Shown here piece after piece: positions 29,098 through 38,443 of a stretch of DNA of 64,000 nucleotides. Position numbers and translations under genes: made by a program. Source of the stretch: Fidelibacterota bacterium. GTDB taxonomy: Bacteria; Fidelibacterota; UBA8477; JABMPR01. Under the pieces are notes generated by a model. It had not been told where the DNA came from and did no database searches. It saw only the letters and a list, made by a program, of their open reading frames with translations. Numbering within the stretch: position 1 is the stretch's first letter; each line of letters starts with the position of its first letter. The DNA lies in assembly GCA_018650445.1 (NCBI GenBank), contig JABIFX010000160.1:37052-101051 (forward strand), in the 5' to 3' direction.

Positions 29098-30087
29098 TTA
29101 GGGTAGCGCGTATCGCATTGAGTAGGATAGAATACCTGAAAAATCCTGCATTGCTGAATATGCGAAATCGATGAATATATTTTTTGCCATTATTCCACAT
29201 CCCAATGACCATGATTCTTGCTCATAGTTTAACCCATATCCACTTCTGATTTTGAGATGATTTCCATATTTATATTCGGCTCCAATATGCAATCGCGGAC
29301 TGTAGTCTGAAGGGTGATTGGCTTCAAAAGCCAACAGTAGCGAGTGGGAGCCGGAATGCCAGACTGAACCAGCTGTACCCAGACTGAATGATACTGGCAA
29401 ACCTACTTCTCCATAAGAAAGTTCAACTTCCTCTTTGAGATTACCTTTCACGCGAGTGTCCAAGAAAGTGCCATCAAATACCAGGTCGGGTCCAAAATTG
29501 CGTAATACCATATAGAAGCGGAGGTCACGATAACCGACCCAATAGAAAGAACCTATATCTATAGCCATTCCCTGGGTATAAAGATCAGCCACAGATTCTC
29601 GAATGTATTTAACTGTTCCACCAAGAGCAAACCGATCGGAGAATGCCCTGGAGATAGATAATCCTAAAGCCAGATCCTGGTAGCGGAAGCTTTCACCTGT
29701 ACCCCTCGGTTGTAAAGTGGTTGTTTCCGTCATGGGAGCAGTCGTGACCAGGCGCTGGCTAATTCCTACACCAAGCCCTCCAAGCGGGAAGCTCACAGCC
29801 GCAGCCTGGTGGTGAATATCAATTAGCCAACTCGAATAACTTATAAATGTCTCAGTGGATTCCTCCCAACCTAGCAAAGCTGGATTCCAGAATGTCGCAG
29901 AGGCTCCCTGTTCCATGCCTGAATAAGCTTTGCCCATACCTTGTGCCACAGCGCCAGCAGGGAGATTAAGGAACAATGCACCTGAAGTTCCTACCTTATT
30001 GAAACTGGATTGAGCGTAGAGAAATGATGAACAGCAAATAAGGATCGCCAGCTTCCTGATCAGGTTAATTTCAAATTTGAGTATCAT
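29098..30087 (-). CDS. PorV/PorQ-family outer-membrane beta-barrel protein
   Basis: Signal peptide. GAVAQGMGKAYSGMEQGASATFWNPALLG is the family signature, followed by alternating beta-strand pattern. 4-nt overlap with the upstream cargo gene. Confidence 0.6.
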   Translation of the reverse strand: MILKFEINLIRKLAILICCSSFLYAQSSFNKVGTSGALFLNLPAGAVAQGMGKAYSGMEQGASATFWNPALLGWEESTETFISYSSWLIDIHHQAAAVSFPLGGLGVGISQRLVTTAPMTETTTLQPRGTGESFRYQDLALGLSISRAFSDRFALGGTVKYIRESVADLYTQGMAIDIGSFYWVGYRDLRFYMVLRNFGPDLVFDGTFLDTRVKGNLKEEVELSYGEVGLPVSFSLGTAGSVWHSGSHSLLLAFEANHPSDYSPRLHIGAEYKYGNHLKIRSGYGLNYEQESWSLGCGIMAKNIFIDFAYSAMQDFSGILSYSMRYALP

Positions 30088-31721
30088 CGCTCACCCTTAA
30101 TCACGACAAATTTTCCGTTCGATTCATCGCCTTGAGGTGTGACTACCCGAAACAAATACAACCCACTGGCAACTGACTGCCGATTCAATGATAGCAGGTC
30201 CCAGTCTGCCCACCCAGAGCCTATATGATCTATTCTGGCAACCAGATCACCGGCAAAGCTATGAATGTAAATTGTGCACTCAGCAGGTAATTGGGTGAAA
30301 TAGATGCGATTCTCATAGTCAAGTGATTCCCAGTTGGCACCACCTCGATATGGATTGGGAACCACTATCACCTCGTCTATTTTTGTGACCGCTTTTCCTA
30401 CAGGCCGGACAGCATCCAGAGTGCGGTTGAGTCGGCCCCATTTCCCACTTTCATTTCCAGATTGGTCAATGCTGGTTATGGAATAGTATAGAGGAAATCC
30501 CGATCTCCCAATATCAACATATGTGGTATTGCTGGTATCAACCAACACTTCCCAGGGACCGATGGGAGAGACGTCACTTTTGTAAAGACGATAGGATTTG
30601 AAATCTAAAGCTTGGGCAGCCGAATTATTCCAATTTAGTTCCACCACGCGACTAGAGACATTGATATCCTCTATTTCAGGTGCAGCTGGAGGACTTTCAG
30701 ATTCTGGGATCGTAAAACCATTCGCGGCCAGGGAGCGAATAGATTCAAGGTTCTGCAGAGATTCCTCAAGACCTTCACCATATATGACAGCCATTACAAA
30801 TTCCATGGATGCGCCAGCTTGTAGTTCAAAAGAACCAACGGCGTTCACAATACTCCAGGGACCCGGGCTACCGGTTGCCGTAGTAATACCGCTTTTGATT
30901 TTCCGGATCATATCCTGCCGACCTGTTATGGGATTGACCATTTGGTAATAATGTGCTGTGGTCCAACTCTGAGAAAGATCCAGCCCTGACCCCAAGTCGG
31001 TTCCCAACAAAACCTGTCCGCACAGATAGGGTGATAATCCATCATCGCCATCATCATCATACATGTATGTGAAACCAGTAGCGCTGTGATATGCAGCATA
31101 ATCATCAAGATCCTTGTAACTGATCCCACTGGCACCTGCATCTACAGGCAAGTGTGAACCATAATATAGATCTGTTAAATCACTGCTGCCTGTATTAGTA
31201 AAGCGGTGGGAAATAACTACCATGTCATCATAATCTGGATGATTGTACGCACGGATTCTGCTAGTGACCTCTACGGAGAGTGATCCCAGCGCAAATTGCC
31301 CAAAATTTGATGTTGCTGTTAAATTTAGTTGGTTAACTCCATCACCCTCATCCTGCCATGATTCAAAAAGACCATCCGCATTCTGCCAGCTATAATCGAG
31401 TTCATTTCCCAAGGTACCACCATATAGCACAAGAGTATCAGGTCCGTTAACACATGAGAAGAAATTTGATTGCTCAAGGATGTAGAAATCTTGTGCACCA
31501 CCAGGGTATTCAAAAGCTCCCATATAACCATAATTAGTGATTGTTGGACCAATCCAAAGCTTGCCAACTTCAATCCTGCCTTCGCTGGCTGCCCTGACAT
31601 CCTGTATCATAATCGATGACAGACCTGATAGGACCATTATGTACACTAAAACATGACACAGACTTGCAGAGATCCTGTTCTCGAATCGAAAATAAAACTT
31701 ATGCTGTTGCCTAGAAATCAA
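30084..31721 (-). CDS. secreted protein of unknown function with T9SS/FlgD-Ig-like C-terminal domain
   Basis: The C-terminus VVPNPYRGG...TIYIHSFAGDLVARI...ASGLYLFRVV...GKFVVIK resembles T9SS sorting domains. The start is uncertain (31721 overlaps the TBDR stop; alternative Met at 31637). Confidence 0.55.
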   Translation of the reverse strand: MISRQQHKFYFRFENRISASLCHVLVYIMVLSGLSSIMIQDVRAASEGRIEVGKLWIGPTITNYGYMGAFEYPGGAQDFYILEQSNFFSCVNGPDTLVLYGGTLGNELDYSWQNADGLFESWQDEGDGVNQLNLTATSNFGQFALGSLSVEVTSRIRAYNHPDYDDMVVISHRFTNTGSSDLTDLYYGSHLPVDAGASGISYKDLDDYAAYHSATGFTYMYDDDGDDGLSPYLCGQVLLGTDLGSGLDLSQSWTTAHYYQMVNPITGRQDMIRKIKSGITTATGSPGPWSIVNAVGSFELQAGASMEFVMAVIYGEGLEESLQNLESIRSLAANGFTIPESESPPAAPEIEDINVSSRVVELNWNNSAAQALDFKSYRLYKSDVSPIGPWEVLVDTSNTTYVDIGRSGFPLYYSITSIDQSGNESGKWGRLNRTLDAVRPVGKAVTKIDEVIVVPNPYRGGANWESLDYENRIYFTQLPAECTIYIHSFAGDLVARIDHIGSGWADWDLLSLNRQSVASGLYLFRVVTPQGDESNGKFVVIKGER

Positions 31722-34491
31722 TATTCATCCCCATTCTGATCTCCCGATGAGGACCAAAAACAAAGGGGTCGTCCAGTGGTCCCTGGTATTCCTCGGGGTA
31801 ATCCAGCAGGTGATTGACAACTGGAATCCTACGATTTTCGCCATTATCAAAATTCATAATATTCACATTGTCAAATAAGTTCATGATAAAGATATATACA
31901 TTCATATTTACAGGACCCACGCTAAACACTTTATTGGCTTTCAGATCGGTAGTCGTAGTGGCTGGCAAACGTTGGTTGTTTTCAACTGGCAAAAGTGATT
32001 CCTGATAGCCAGTGTATGGATAACCAGAGCCATAATTATATGTTAATGTGATTCCAGAGTGGTCCCTGAATCGATAATCCAGGTTGGCGGCGAAAGTATG
32101 CCGTTGATCCCAGTTCAGATAGAATTGCTGAACGGGTTCCAGCTGCCCGCGACTGAATTGCCTTAAGAATCCATCATGATAATCCGAAGTCTTGCCTCTG
32201 GCTATCATAAAGGAATATGATAAAATCGCACTCAGCCCCCCGGTGGGTGCCGGTCTTTTTACCAACGAAAACTCCAACCCTTTTACAGTTCCCCAGGCCA
32301 CACTATTGTTCATGTAAAGGGTCGGTAAACGGATCACCGACTCATCAGCTTCAGCAATTTCCAGGAAATCGGGATCATTCAGACTGTTGATTACTGTTGT
32401 TTCAACAAGATTGGATATGTCCTTGTAAAAAGCAGTCATATCGAAAACAAAATCTCCTGGCAGCACCTGTTTTAAACCGATCTCGTACGAAATGGTTTTT
32501 TCTGGATTCAGATCTGGATTGCCATACAGGGCCAGAATGTCATAGGAGTAGTTATAATTGCGGTATAAGAGATACCAATCCGGTATTTGATAGAAGTATC
32601 CATAGGTAAAATGGAATACACTTTTGTCAGTGATAGGATGTGAAACTCCTATTCTGGGACTAAAGAAATGTTTTACCTGTGCTTTCTTCCAGGGTGCATC
32701 AGGATTCGGTGTGGGAATATCCCCATCGGGTCCCAGCCAGTATTCACCATCTGTCAAATCGGGACCAATATTTCCCGGATCCAGATAGGGACGGTAGGGG
32801 TCAGAAGGCAATGATGCATCGGGATCAAAAACTTCATATCGTAAACCTGCATTCATTATAAAACCTTCAAACTCGATTTTATCCTGCAAGAAAATGGCAC
32901 CCAACTTGGGTTGAATCGAGGGTAAGCGCATATCAGATTCATCGATCCCGTGGGCAAAGGTGAAGGGGAAACCACGGTATGCTAGCACGGCTTGGTAGAA
33001 TAGATCCCATATATTCAACTCAGTGCCCCACTTAAATTCATGAAATTTATTAAGCTGATAGGTCATATTCCATTTCAGCAGTAGATTTTTTAGATCCTCC
33101 TCCCGGAAGAGGTTGTTGTCACCATCAATAATGAATAATGTTGAGTCCTTATAAACAAAACCAATATCAATTGCCTCAGGATTATCAACATCCACATTTT
33201 TTATATTCCATTGTTCATTTTTTGTGATATCCCACCATTTTCCTGATTGGGCAGCTCTGTAGTAAGTCCGGCCAGCACCAAATGTCAGGTTGTGGAATAA
33301 TTTGTTTGTCAGAGGCTGGTTCAGTACCACAGAAAACTGATCAACATTGCTGATCCTGTGCTGAAAGGTCTCCGGGATAAACTTCCTGCGGACATCAAAA
33401 AGATCATATTCTCGTTCTGTACGTCCCACACTCATGGTGAGGCTGGCATTATTAAATATTTGCCAACGTATCTTTCCATTAAGCACCAATTCAGAGTAAT
33501 TGTCATGGGTGTTTTCACGATTAAGTATGCCGTTTTCAGCGCCGGTGTACTGGACACTTGTATTGAAGGTTCCACCCTGGCTGAGTGGTAGTGGACCACC
33601 CAGATTAAATCGATAACGCCGATGACCAGTTGAGTAATTGTAGTTTGTTTGATCCTGATAATATTCATCCCCGTAGAGCAAATACGTATCTGAGCGTTTT
33701 CGCTCCAGCAATAGTTCTGGAATTGGACGACCCTCATCAACATTCAGCTCCGATTCAACATCAAAGGAGAATTCATAATGATCTGGATTGCCGACCTTGG
33801 TGTGGATCTCAACTACTCCCGAAAGCGCATTTCCATATTCAGCATTAAAGCCACCGCTCTGAATGGCAATTTCAGAGAGGGATCGATTATTGAGGGCCAA
33901 TACAGACATTCCGGAGAAAGCTGTTCCATAATTCGGTTCTTGGAGAGTTACTCCATCAACCTGGAATTTGACTTCGCCAGCCCTGCCACCCCGCAGGTGA
34001 AATCCTTTGGCGTCTCGAGTGAATCCGGGATTCATGGCCAGAATTCCCTTGTAGTCATCTACTGGTAAAGATTCAATCTGTTCTGCATTGACGAAATGAG
34101 AGGAATAAGTAATATCTTTTTGGATCAGAGGTTTGGAGGCATATATCGTCACCTCTTTGCCTTCCAGTGCCTCAGAAGCCAGAGTTATATCCATGCGAGT
34201 GGTCAGTCCGTGAGCCACTTCTATATTGTAAACTACTGTAGATGTGTAGCCTATCATCATGACTTTCATCTCGTAAATACCAGCAGGAAGATTTATGATA
34301 ATGAAATCTCCATTAACATCTGCAGCGGCTCCGTAGTTTGTGCCTACGAGAATCACGTTCGCACCCACTAATGGTTGATTTGTCTCAAATTCCGCAATCT
34401 GCCCCATGATTTTGCCAGCTTGTTGAGCGAAGGAGCTACTTAACAGCAGCAATGAAAGGCTAATCTGGGCAATCAGGCGAATCATTCCCAC
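31711..34491 (-). CDS. TonB-dependent receptor with N-terminal carboxypeptidase-regulatory-like domain
   Basis: Signal peptide, CarbopepD_reg-like segment (VGANVILVGTNYGAAADVNGDFIIINLPAGIYEMKV), plug, long beta-barrel and a terminal ...NIDF aromatic residue. 926 aa. Confidence 0.85.
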   Translation of the reverse strand: MGMIRLIAQISLSLLLLSSSFAQQAGKIMGQIAEFETNQPLVGANVILVGTNYGAAADVNGDFIIINLPAGIYEMKVMMIGYTSTVVYNIEVAHGLTTRMDITLASEALEGKEVTIYASKPLIQKDITYSSHFVNAEQIESLPVDDYKGILAMNPGFTRDAKGFHLRGGRAGEVKFQVDGVTLQEPNYGTAFSGMSVLALNNRSLSEIAIQSGGFNAEYGNALSGVVEIHTKVGNPDHYEFSFDVESELNVDEGRPIPELLLERKRSDTYLLYGDEYYQDQTNYNYSTGHRRYRFNLGGPLPLSQGGTFNTSVQYTGAENGILNRENTHDNYSELVLNGKIRWQIFNNASLTMSVGRTEREYDLFDVRRKFIPETFQHRISNVDQFSVVLNQPLTNKLFHNLTFGAGRTYYRAAQSGKWWDITKNEQWNIKNVDVDNPEAIDIGFVYKDSTLFIIDGDNNLFREEDLKNLLLKWNMTYQLNKFHEFKWGTELNIWDLFYQAVLAYRGFPFTFAHGIDESDMRLPSIQPKLGAIFLQDKIEFEGFIMNAGLRYEVFDPDASLPSDPYRPYLDPGNIGPDLTDGEYWLGPDGDIPTPNPDAPWKKAQVKHFFSPRIGVSHPITDKSVFHFTYGYFYQIPDWYLLYRNYNYSYDILALYGNPDLNPEKTISYEIGLKQVLPGDFVFDMTAFYKDISNLVETTVINSLNDPDFLEIAEADESVIRLPTLYMNNSVAWGTVKGLEFSLVKRPAPTGGLSAILSYSFMIARGKTSDYHDGFLRQFSRGQLEPVQQFYLNWDQRHTFAANLDYRFRDHSGITLTYNYGSGYPYTGYQESLLPVENNQRLPATTTTDLKANKVFSVGPVNMNVYIFIMNLFDNVNIMNFDNGENRRIPVVNHLLDYPEEYQGPLDDPFVFGPHREIRMGMNIDF

Positions 34492-34535
34492 ATGCCCAGA
34501 GATGTCGATTGATTCGTATTATCCATAAATATTGC

Positions 34536-36044
34536 TTATCCCTGCTCAGTAGCGAGGTGGTTGGTTTTGAACAATCGTATGAGGTAATATAATCCCATCA
34601 CCAGGAGCCCAACGATGATTCCGTAAGCGGAAGTGAGCCCAGGATTGATATAGTCCGCAGTGGTTAGTATACTGAATTCGCCATACCTGAAAACTATATG
34701 AGTCATGATTGATAAGAGGGAAGCCGCCAGAATCCATTGCTTATTCATAGCCTTGGAGAACATACCGAATAGAAGTGGGATGAAGGTGGCGTTGAAAAGT
34801 GCATAAACCCAGGTTTGAGCAAATACTGCCACAGAGAATTCCTTGAAATAATGCTGGAGTAAACTGAGCACCAGAGTGAGACCCGCCAAACCTATCATGC
34901 TGAATCTTCCAACCCTCAAAGCCTGACTTAAGCGTTGCTCTGAACTCTTATCCTTCAAATGTTTCCGGGCCAAAACCAGGTAAAGATCATTTGCGATAAT
35001 AGCTGATAGGGCTACCAATATTCCATCCAAAGTGGACATGGCTGCTGCTAGAATAGCGATTGAGATAAATACGCCTATGACAGGTGAAAATGATTGTAGG
35101 ATATAGATGGAAGCCACCTGGTCCACATTTGCCATATACTGCGGACCGAATTTTACCCGAGCGAAAAGGCCAACCAGGAGCACCAACGAGAAAATAAATC
35201 CCATGAGGACAGCAATAGTGAGGTACTTGTTCACATCACGCTTATCCTTCACATATACAGCTTTGATCAGAAAATGGGGTTGGACAGCCAGGGCAAATCC
35301 CACGATGAAATTTGCCAGGAAAACTTCAAAGAAATTTCGAAAAAAGAGACTCTGAGGATTGATAATCTCAGTCAATACTGGATTCTCGGCGCTGAGGGCG
35401 TTGAACAAGCCTGCCTTAAAATAAGGAATACCTGAAATCACCAGAACGATAGCCACAGTAAACATGATTCCACCCTGTATCGTATTGGTATAGGCATGGG
35501 CAAAGGTTCCACCAAAACTGGTATAGGTAAATACAAATAGGATCACAAAAAGGAGGGTGATCTCAAAATGATAATCTGGAAATATATTATGAATTCCGAG
35601 AGTGAAATCGATGAGCATGGCCGAACCATAAGAAATGAGAACCACCATCGCAATGAGCAGAAGATTGACCAGGGCAAAGAATACTGTAAAACGCTGATCC
35701 TGGAACCGCTCGCCAATCCACTGGGGTACTGTTAAGGATTGTGAACGCCAGCCAGCTTTTCGAAAGCCCTTGGACAGGATGATGATTCCAGAGAATAATC
35801 CTAGTCCTGCCGCCACACCGTAACCCATAATTGCAGATAGACCAAATGCATAGACGATACCTGGATTAATTATAAATGTGGCCGTGCTGGTCATACTGGC
35901 TGCTAGCGCAAAGGCTACAATCCAGGGATTCATCTTTCTGTCACCTACAGCATAACTGCTTAGTGACTGTGTTTTTTTATTACCCAAATAGGCCAGATAA
36001 ATGGTCACAAATATATAGATCAGAAATATAATCCATTTGATCAT
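34536..36044 (-). CDS. sodium:solute symporter family transporter
   Basis: About 13 hydrophobic helices. 502 aa. SSF-like pattern (GDRKMNPW..., ...AAAMSTLDG...). Confidence 0.75.
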   Translation of the reverse strand: MIKWIIFLIYIFVTIYLAYLGNKKTQSLSSYAVGDRKMNPWIVAFALAASMTSTATFIINPGIVYAFGLSAIMGYGVAAGLGLFSGIIILSKGFRKAGWRSQSLTVPQWIGERFQDQRFTVFFALVNLLLIAMVVLISYGSAMLIDFTLGIHNIFPDYHFEITLLFVILFVFTYTSFGGTFAHAYTNTIQGGIMFTVAIVLVISGIPYFKAGLFNALSAENPVLTEIINPQSLFFRNFFEVFLANFIVGFALAVQPHFLIKAVYVKDKRDVNKYLTIAVLMGFIFSLVLLVGLFARVKFGPQYMANVDQVASIYILQSFSPVIGVFISIAILAAAMSTLDGILVALSAIIANDLYLVLARKHLKDKSSEQRLSQALRVGRFSMIGLAGLTLVLSLLQHYFKEFSVAVFAQTWVYALFNATFIPLLFGMFSKAMNKQWILAASLLSIMTHIVFRYGEFSILTTADYINPGLTSAYGIIVGLLVMGLYYLIRLFKTNHLATEQG

Positions 36045-36059
36045 AGTAAAATCCTCACG

Positions 36060-37046
36060 TCACCAGTTTAGCGCAATAGCACCCATGGCATACCCACCAC
36101 CGGAACCCACCAGTAGGACAAGGTCTCCATCCTTAATTCGTTTCGACCTGGCAACCTCATCAAGAGCCATAGGAATGCAGGCAGATCCGGTATAGCCAAA
36201 GTGATCCATAATAGTATGGGTTTTTTCCCAGGGGAGGCCTAGCTCATCCATCACTTCTCGGATGGTGTTGATGTTGATTTGGGTAAAAAGAACGAAATCA
36301 ATATCTGATAAAGTTTTGCCAATCCGGTTTAGGATATCCTTAATCAGAATGGGCCAATGTGTGGCATTAGTGTCCTCAGGAAATTTTTTCACGAAACGCA
36401 CGAGATGTTCGCCGCGCTCTATTCGTTCCGGAGTAATTGGATTTAGAGCTCCTCCAGCATAGATGCCCATAAAATCGTGATAGCTACCATCCGCAATGAG
36501 CTTGGAGGCCAGAAATCCTGGTTGATCTCCAGCTTGCATCACCACTGCTCCAGCCCCATCAGCAAAAATGGTGGCCGTGTATCTATCGTGAAAATCAAGA
36601 AAGCGAGTCATTCCATAAGTAGCCACCACCAGGATATGTTCGTATTGGTCATCACTGCTAATGTATTTTGCCGCGATATCTACACCGGTGACAAAGGCGG
36701 CGCAGGCACAATTTACATCAAACGTTCCAGCGTTCTTGGCTCCCAGGAGATGTTGGACTTTCGAGCAGGTTGCCGGCGAAATAGTCTCAGGTGTATCAGT
36801 GGCGACGATGAGGAGATCAAGATCCTGGGCTTGGCAACCTGCTTTCTCCAGGGCAGCCTGAGCAGCTTGAACAGCCATGGTCGCTGGACTTTCATCTTCA
36901 GCCATTATCCTGCGTTCAAGAATATTTAGTTTTCCCCCTACAAATTCCTCAATGTCTTCCTCCAGGATTGTCGAAAACTCGGCATTCTTCATAATCCGTT
37001 CAGGGGCATAGAGACCCGTCCCGATGATCCGGGCATGGCGTTTCAT
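36060..37046 (-). CDS. KASIII (FabH)-like enzyme with non-canonical active site
   Basis: Colinear with E. coli FabH over its full length. Cys115 is retained (FDVNCACAAF). FabH PHQAN is FTQIN here (Thr255, codon 36282-36284), and HGNTSAAS is FGYTGSAC here (Tyr285, codon 36192-36194). Confidence 0.8.
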   Translation of the reverse strand: MKRHARIIGTGLYAPERIMKNAEFSTILEEDIEEFVGGKLNILERRIMAEDESPATMAVQAAQAALEKAGCQAQDLDLLIVATDTPETISPATCSKVQHLLGAKNAGTFDVNCACAAFVTGVDIAAKYISSDDQYEHILVVATYGMTRFLDFHDRYTATIFADGAGAVVMQAGDQPGFLASKLIADGSYHDFMGIYAGGALNPITPERIERGEHLVRFVKKFPEDTNATHWPILIKDILNRIGKTLSDIDFVLFTQININTIREVMDELGLPWEKTHTIMDHFGYTGSACIPMALDEVARSKRIKDGDLVLLVGSGGGYAMGAIALNW

Positions 37047-37984
37047 AGTGTTTCCTTTACAAATGCTTCAACGAGACGGTGGAATTCAATAGGGTGTTCC
37101 AGCATTGGGAAATGACCACAACCATCTATTGTTTTTAGTGTAGCACCAGGGATGAATTTTTGCGCTTCATCGGCAACTTTCAAGGGAATCAAGGGATCTT
37201 CTTTCCCCCACAACAGCAAGGTAGGAAGCTGGTGTGCTCCAATTCGATCACGTACATTGGTTTTCAACATCAATTCCATGGCCTGCACCATCGCATGCGC
37301 ATACAGCCGGTACTCTTCACCACCTTCTGTCAACAAGGCTAATCTGCGCAAGGCATAGGTTTCCATTTCCGGGCTCCAGGTCACACTGGTGTTGTGATAG
37401 TTCTGCATGGCCTTTTTTATACTGGTTTTAAGAATGGTTTCTATGGTAAATGCGCTCCGCATAGCCGTAGTCATGAATGAATTGAATTTCTGAATACCTG
37501 CCGGGCTAACCAGAACCATGGAATTGACCCGTTCCGGGCGGGCAGATGCATAGACCATGCTTACATAGCCGCCATAGCTATGACCAATGAGATTGGCTGA
37601 CTTTATATCAACTTTATCAAAGAGGGAATCGAGGAGGTCCACCAGGAACTCTTCTGAAAACATGATTTCGGGTTTATCAGATTTACCAAAACCCGGATAA
37701 TCAAGAGCGATGACCCGGTTACCCGAGACAAAAAGCGGATAAACTGGATCAAAGTTTAATAAATCGGAAGCCTGCCCATGGAGGAAAACTAGGGGTGGAC
37801 CACTTCCTGAATCGATATACACTATGTTATGACCCCTGAAATTGAATGATTGTTCTTCGAATGGATACTTCATCTGATTAAATGCTAACCCTTCTAATTT
37901 TACTTCAGTGCTTTCAGCAGAATCCGAATTACACTGAGATATCAGCAGACCCGCTATCACAATAAAAACAGCTCTGAAACCCAT
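37043..37984 (-). CDS. alpha/beta hydrolase, secreted or membrane-anchored
   Basis: HG oxyanion motif (FLHGQ), nucleophile elbow GHSYGG and C-terminal GCGHFP. ATG 37984 forms a TAATG overlap with the regulator stop and is preferred over TTG 37999. Confidence 0.75.
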   Translation of the reverse strand: MGFRAVFIVIAGLLISQCNSDSAESTEVKLEGLAFNQMKYPFEEQSFNFRGHNIVYIDSGSGPPLVFLHGQASDLLNFDPVYPLFVSGNRVIALDYPGFGKSDKPEIMFSEEFLVDLLDSLFDKVDIKSANLIGHSYGGYVSMVYASARPERVNSMVLVSPAGIQKFNSFMTTAMRSAFTIETILKTSIKKAMQNYHNTSVTWSPEMETYALRRLALLTEGGEEYRLYAHAMVQAMELMLKTNVRDRIGAHQLPTLLLWGKEDPLIPLKVADEAQKFIPGATLKTIDGCGHFPMLEHPIEFHRLVEAFVKETL

Positions 37985-38439
37985 TATACTGCCTCCCAAT
38001 CATCGATAAATTCTTTGAACAGTCTATGGAGACGGGAATGGAATTCAAACATGCGTTGGAAACGTCGTTGGACTATTGGATCGAGCTCCTTGTTCTCCAG
38101 ATATGTTTTCGAAATATTTTGATTCTCTCCAATTAGAGCAAGATTTCGACGGGCTGTCATAGATATTGGGTGATCCGTGATCTCATAATAGACCTTCCGG
38201 TCCCGAGGTTTTTGAATGCTTCGCACCAGTCCGAATTCCTTTAATTGACGTGTTTCCACGCTCACGGGACCTTTGCTGGCCTGTAGAGATTCAACGATTG
38301 AGTCCAGTGATAGTGGCTCAGGGCTTGAAATCAACAAGCCTACAATTCGACCCCGAATCCGAGGTTGACCAAAGGCTGCATAAGCATCGCCGAATGCGTT
38401 CAGAAGTTGATCTCGTGATTTTGATAAGATGCTATTCAT
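37984..38439 (-). CDS. GbsR/MarR-family winged-helix transcriptional regulator
   Basis: GQPRIRGRIVGLLISSPEPLSLDSIVESLQASKGPVSVETRQLKEFGLV. 151 aa. Confidence 0.7.
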   Translation of the reverse strand: MNSILSKSRDQLLNAFGDAYAAFGQPRIRGRIVGLLISSPEPLSLDSIVESLQASKGPVSVETRQLKEFGLVRSIQKPRDRKVYYEITDHPISMTARRNLALIGENQNISKTYLENKELDPIVQRRFQRMFEFHSRLHRLFKEFIDDWEAV

Positions 38440-38443
38440 ATTA

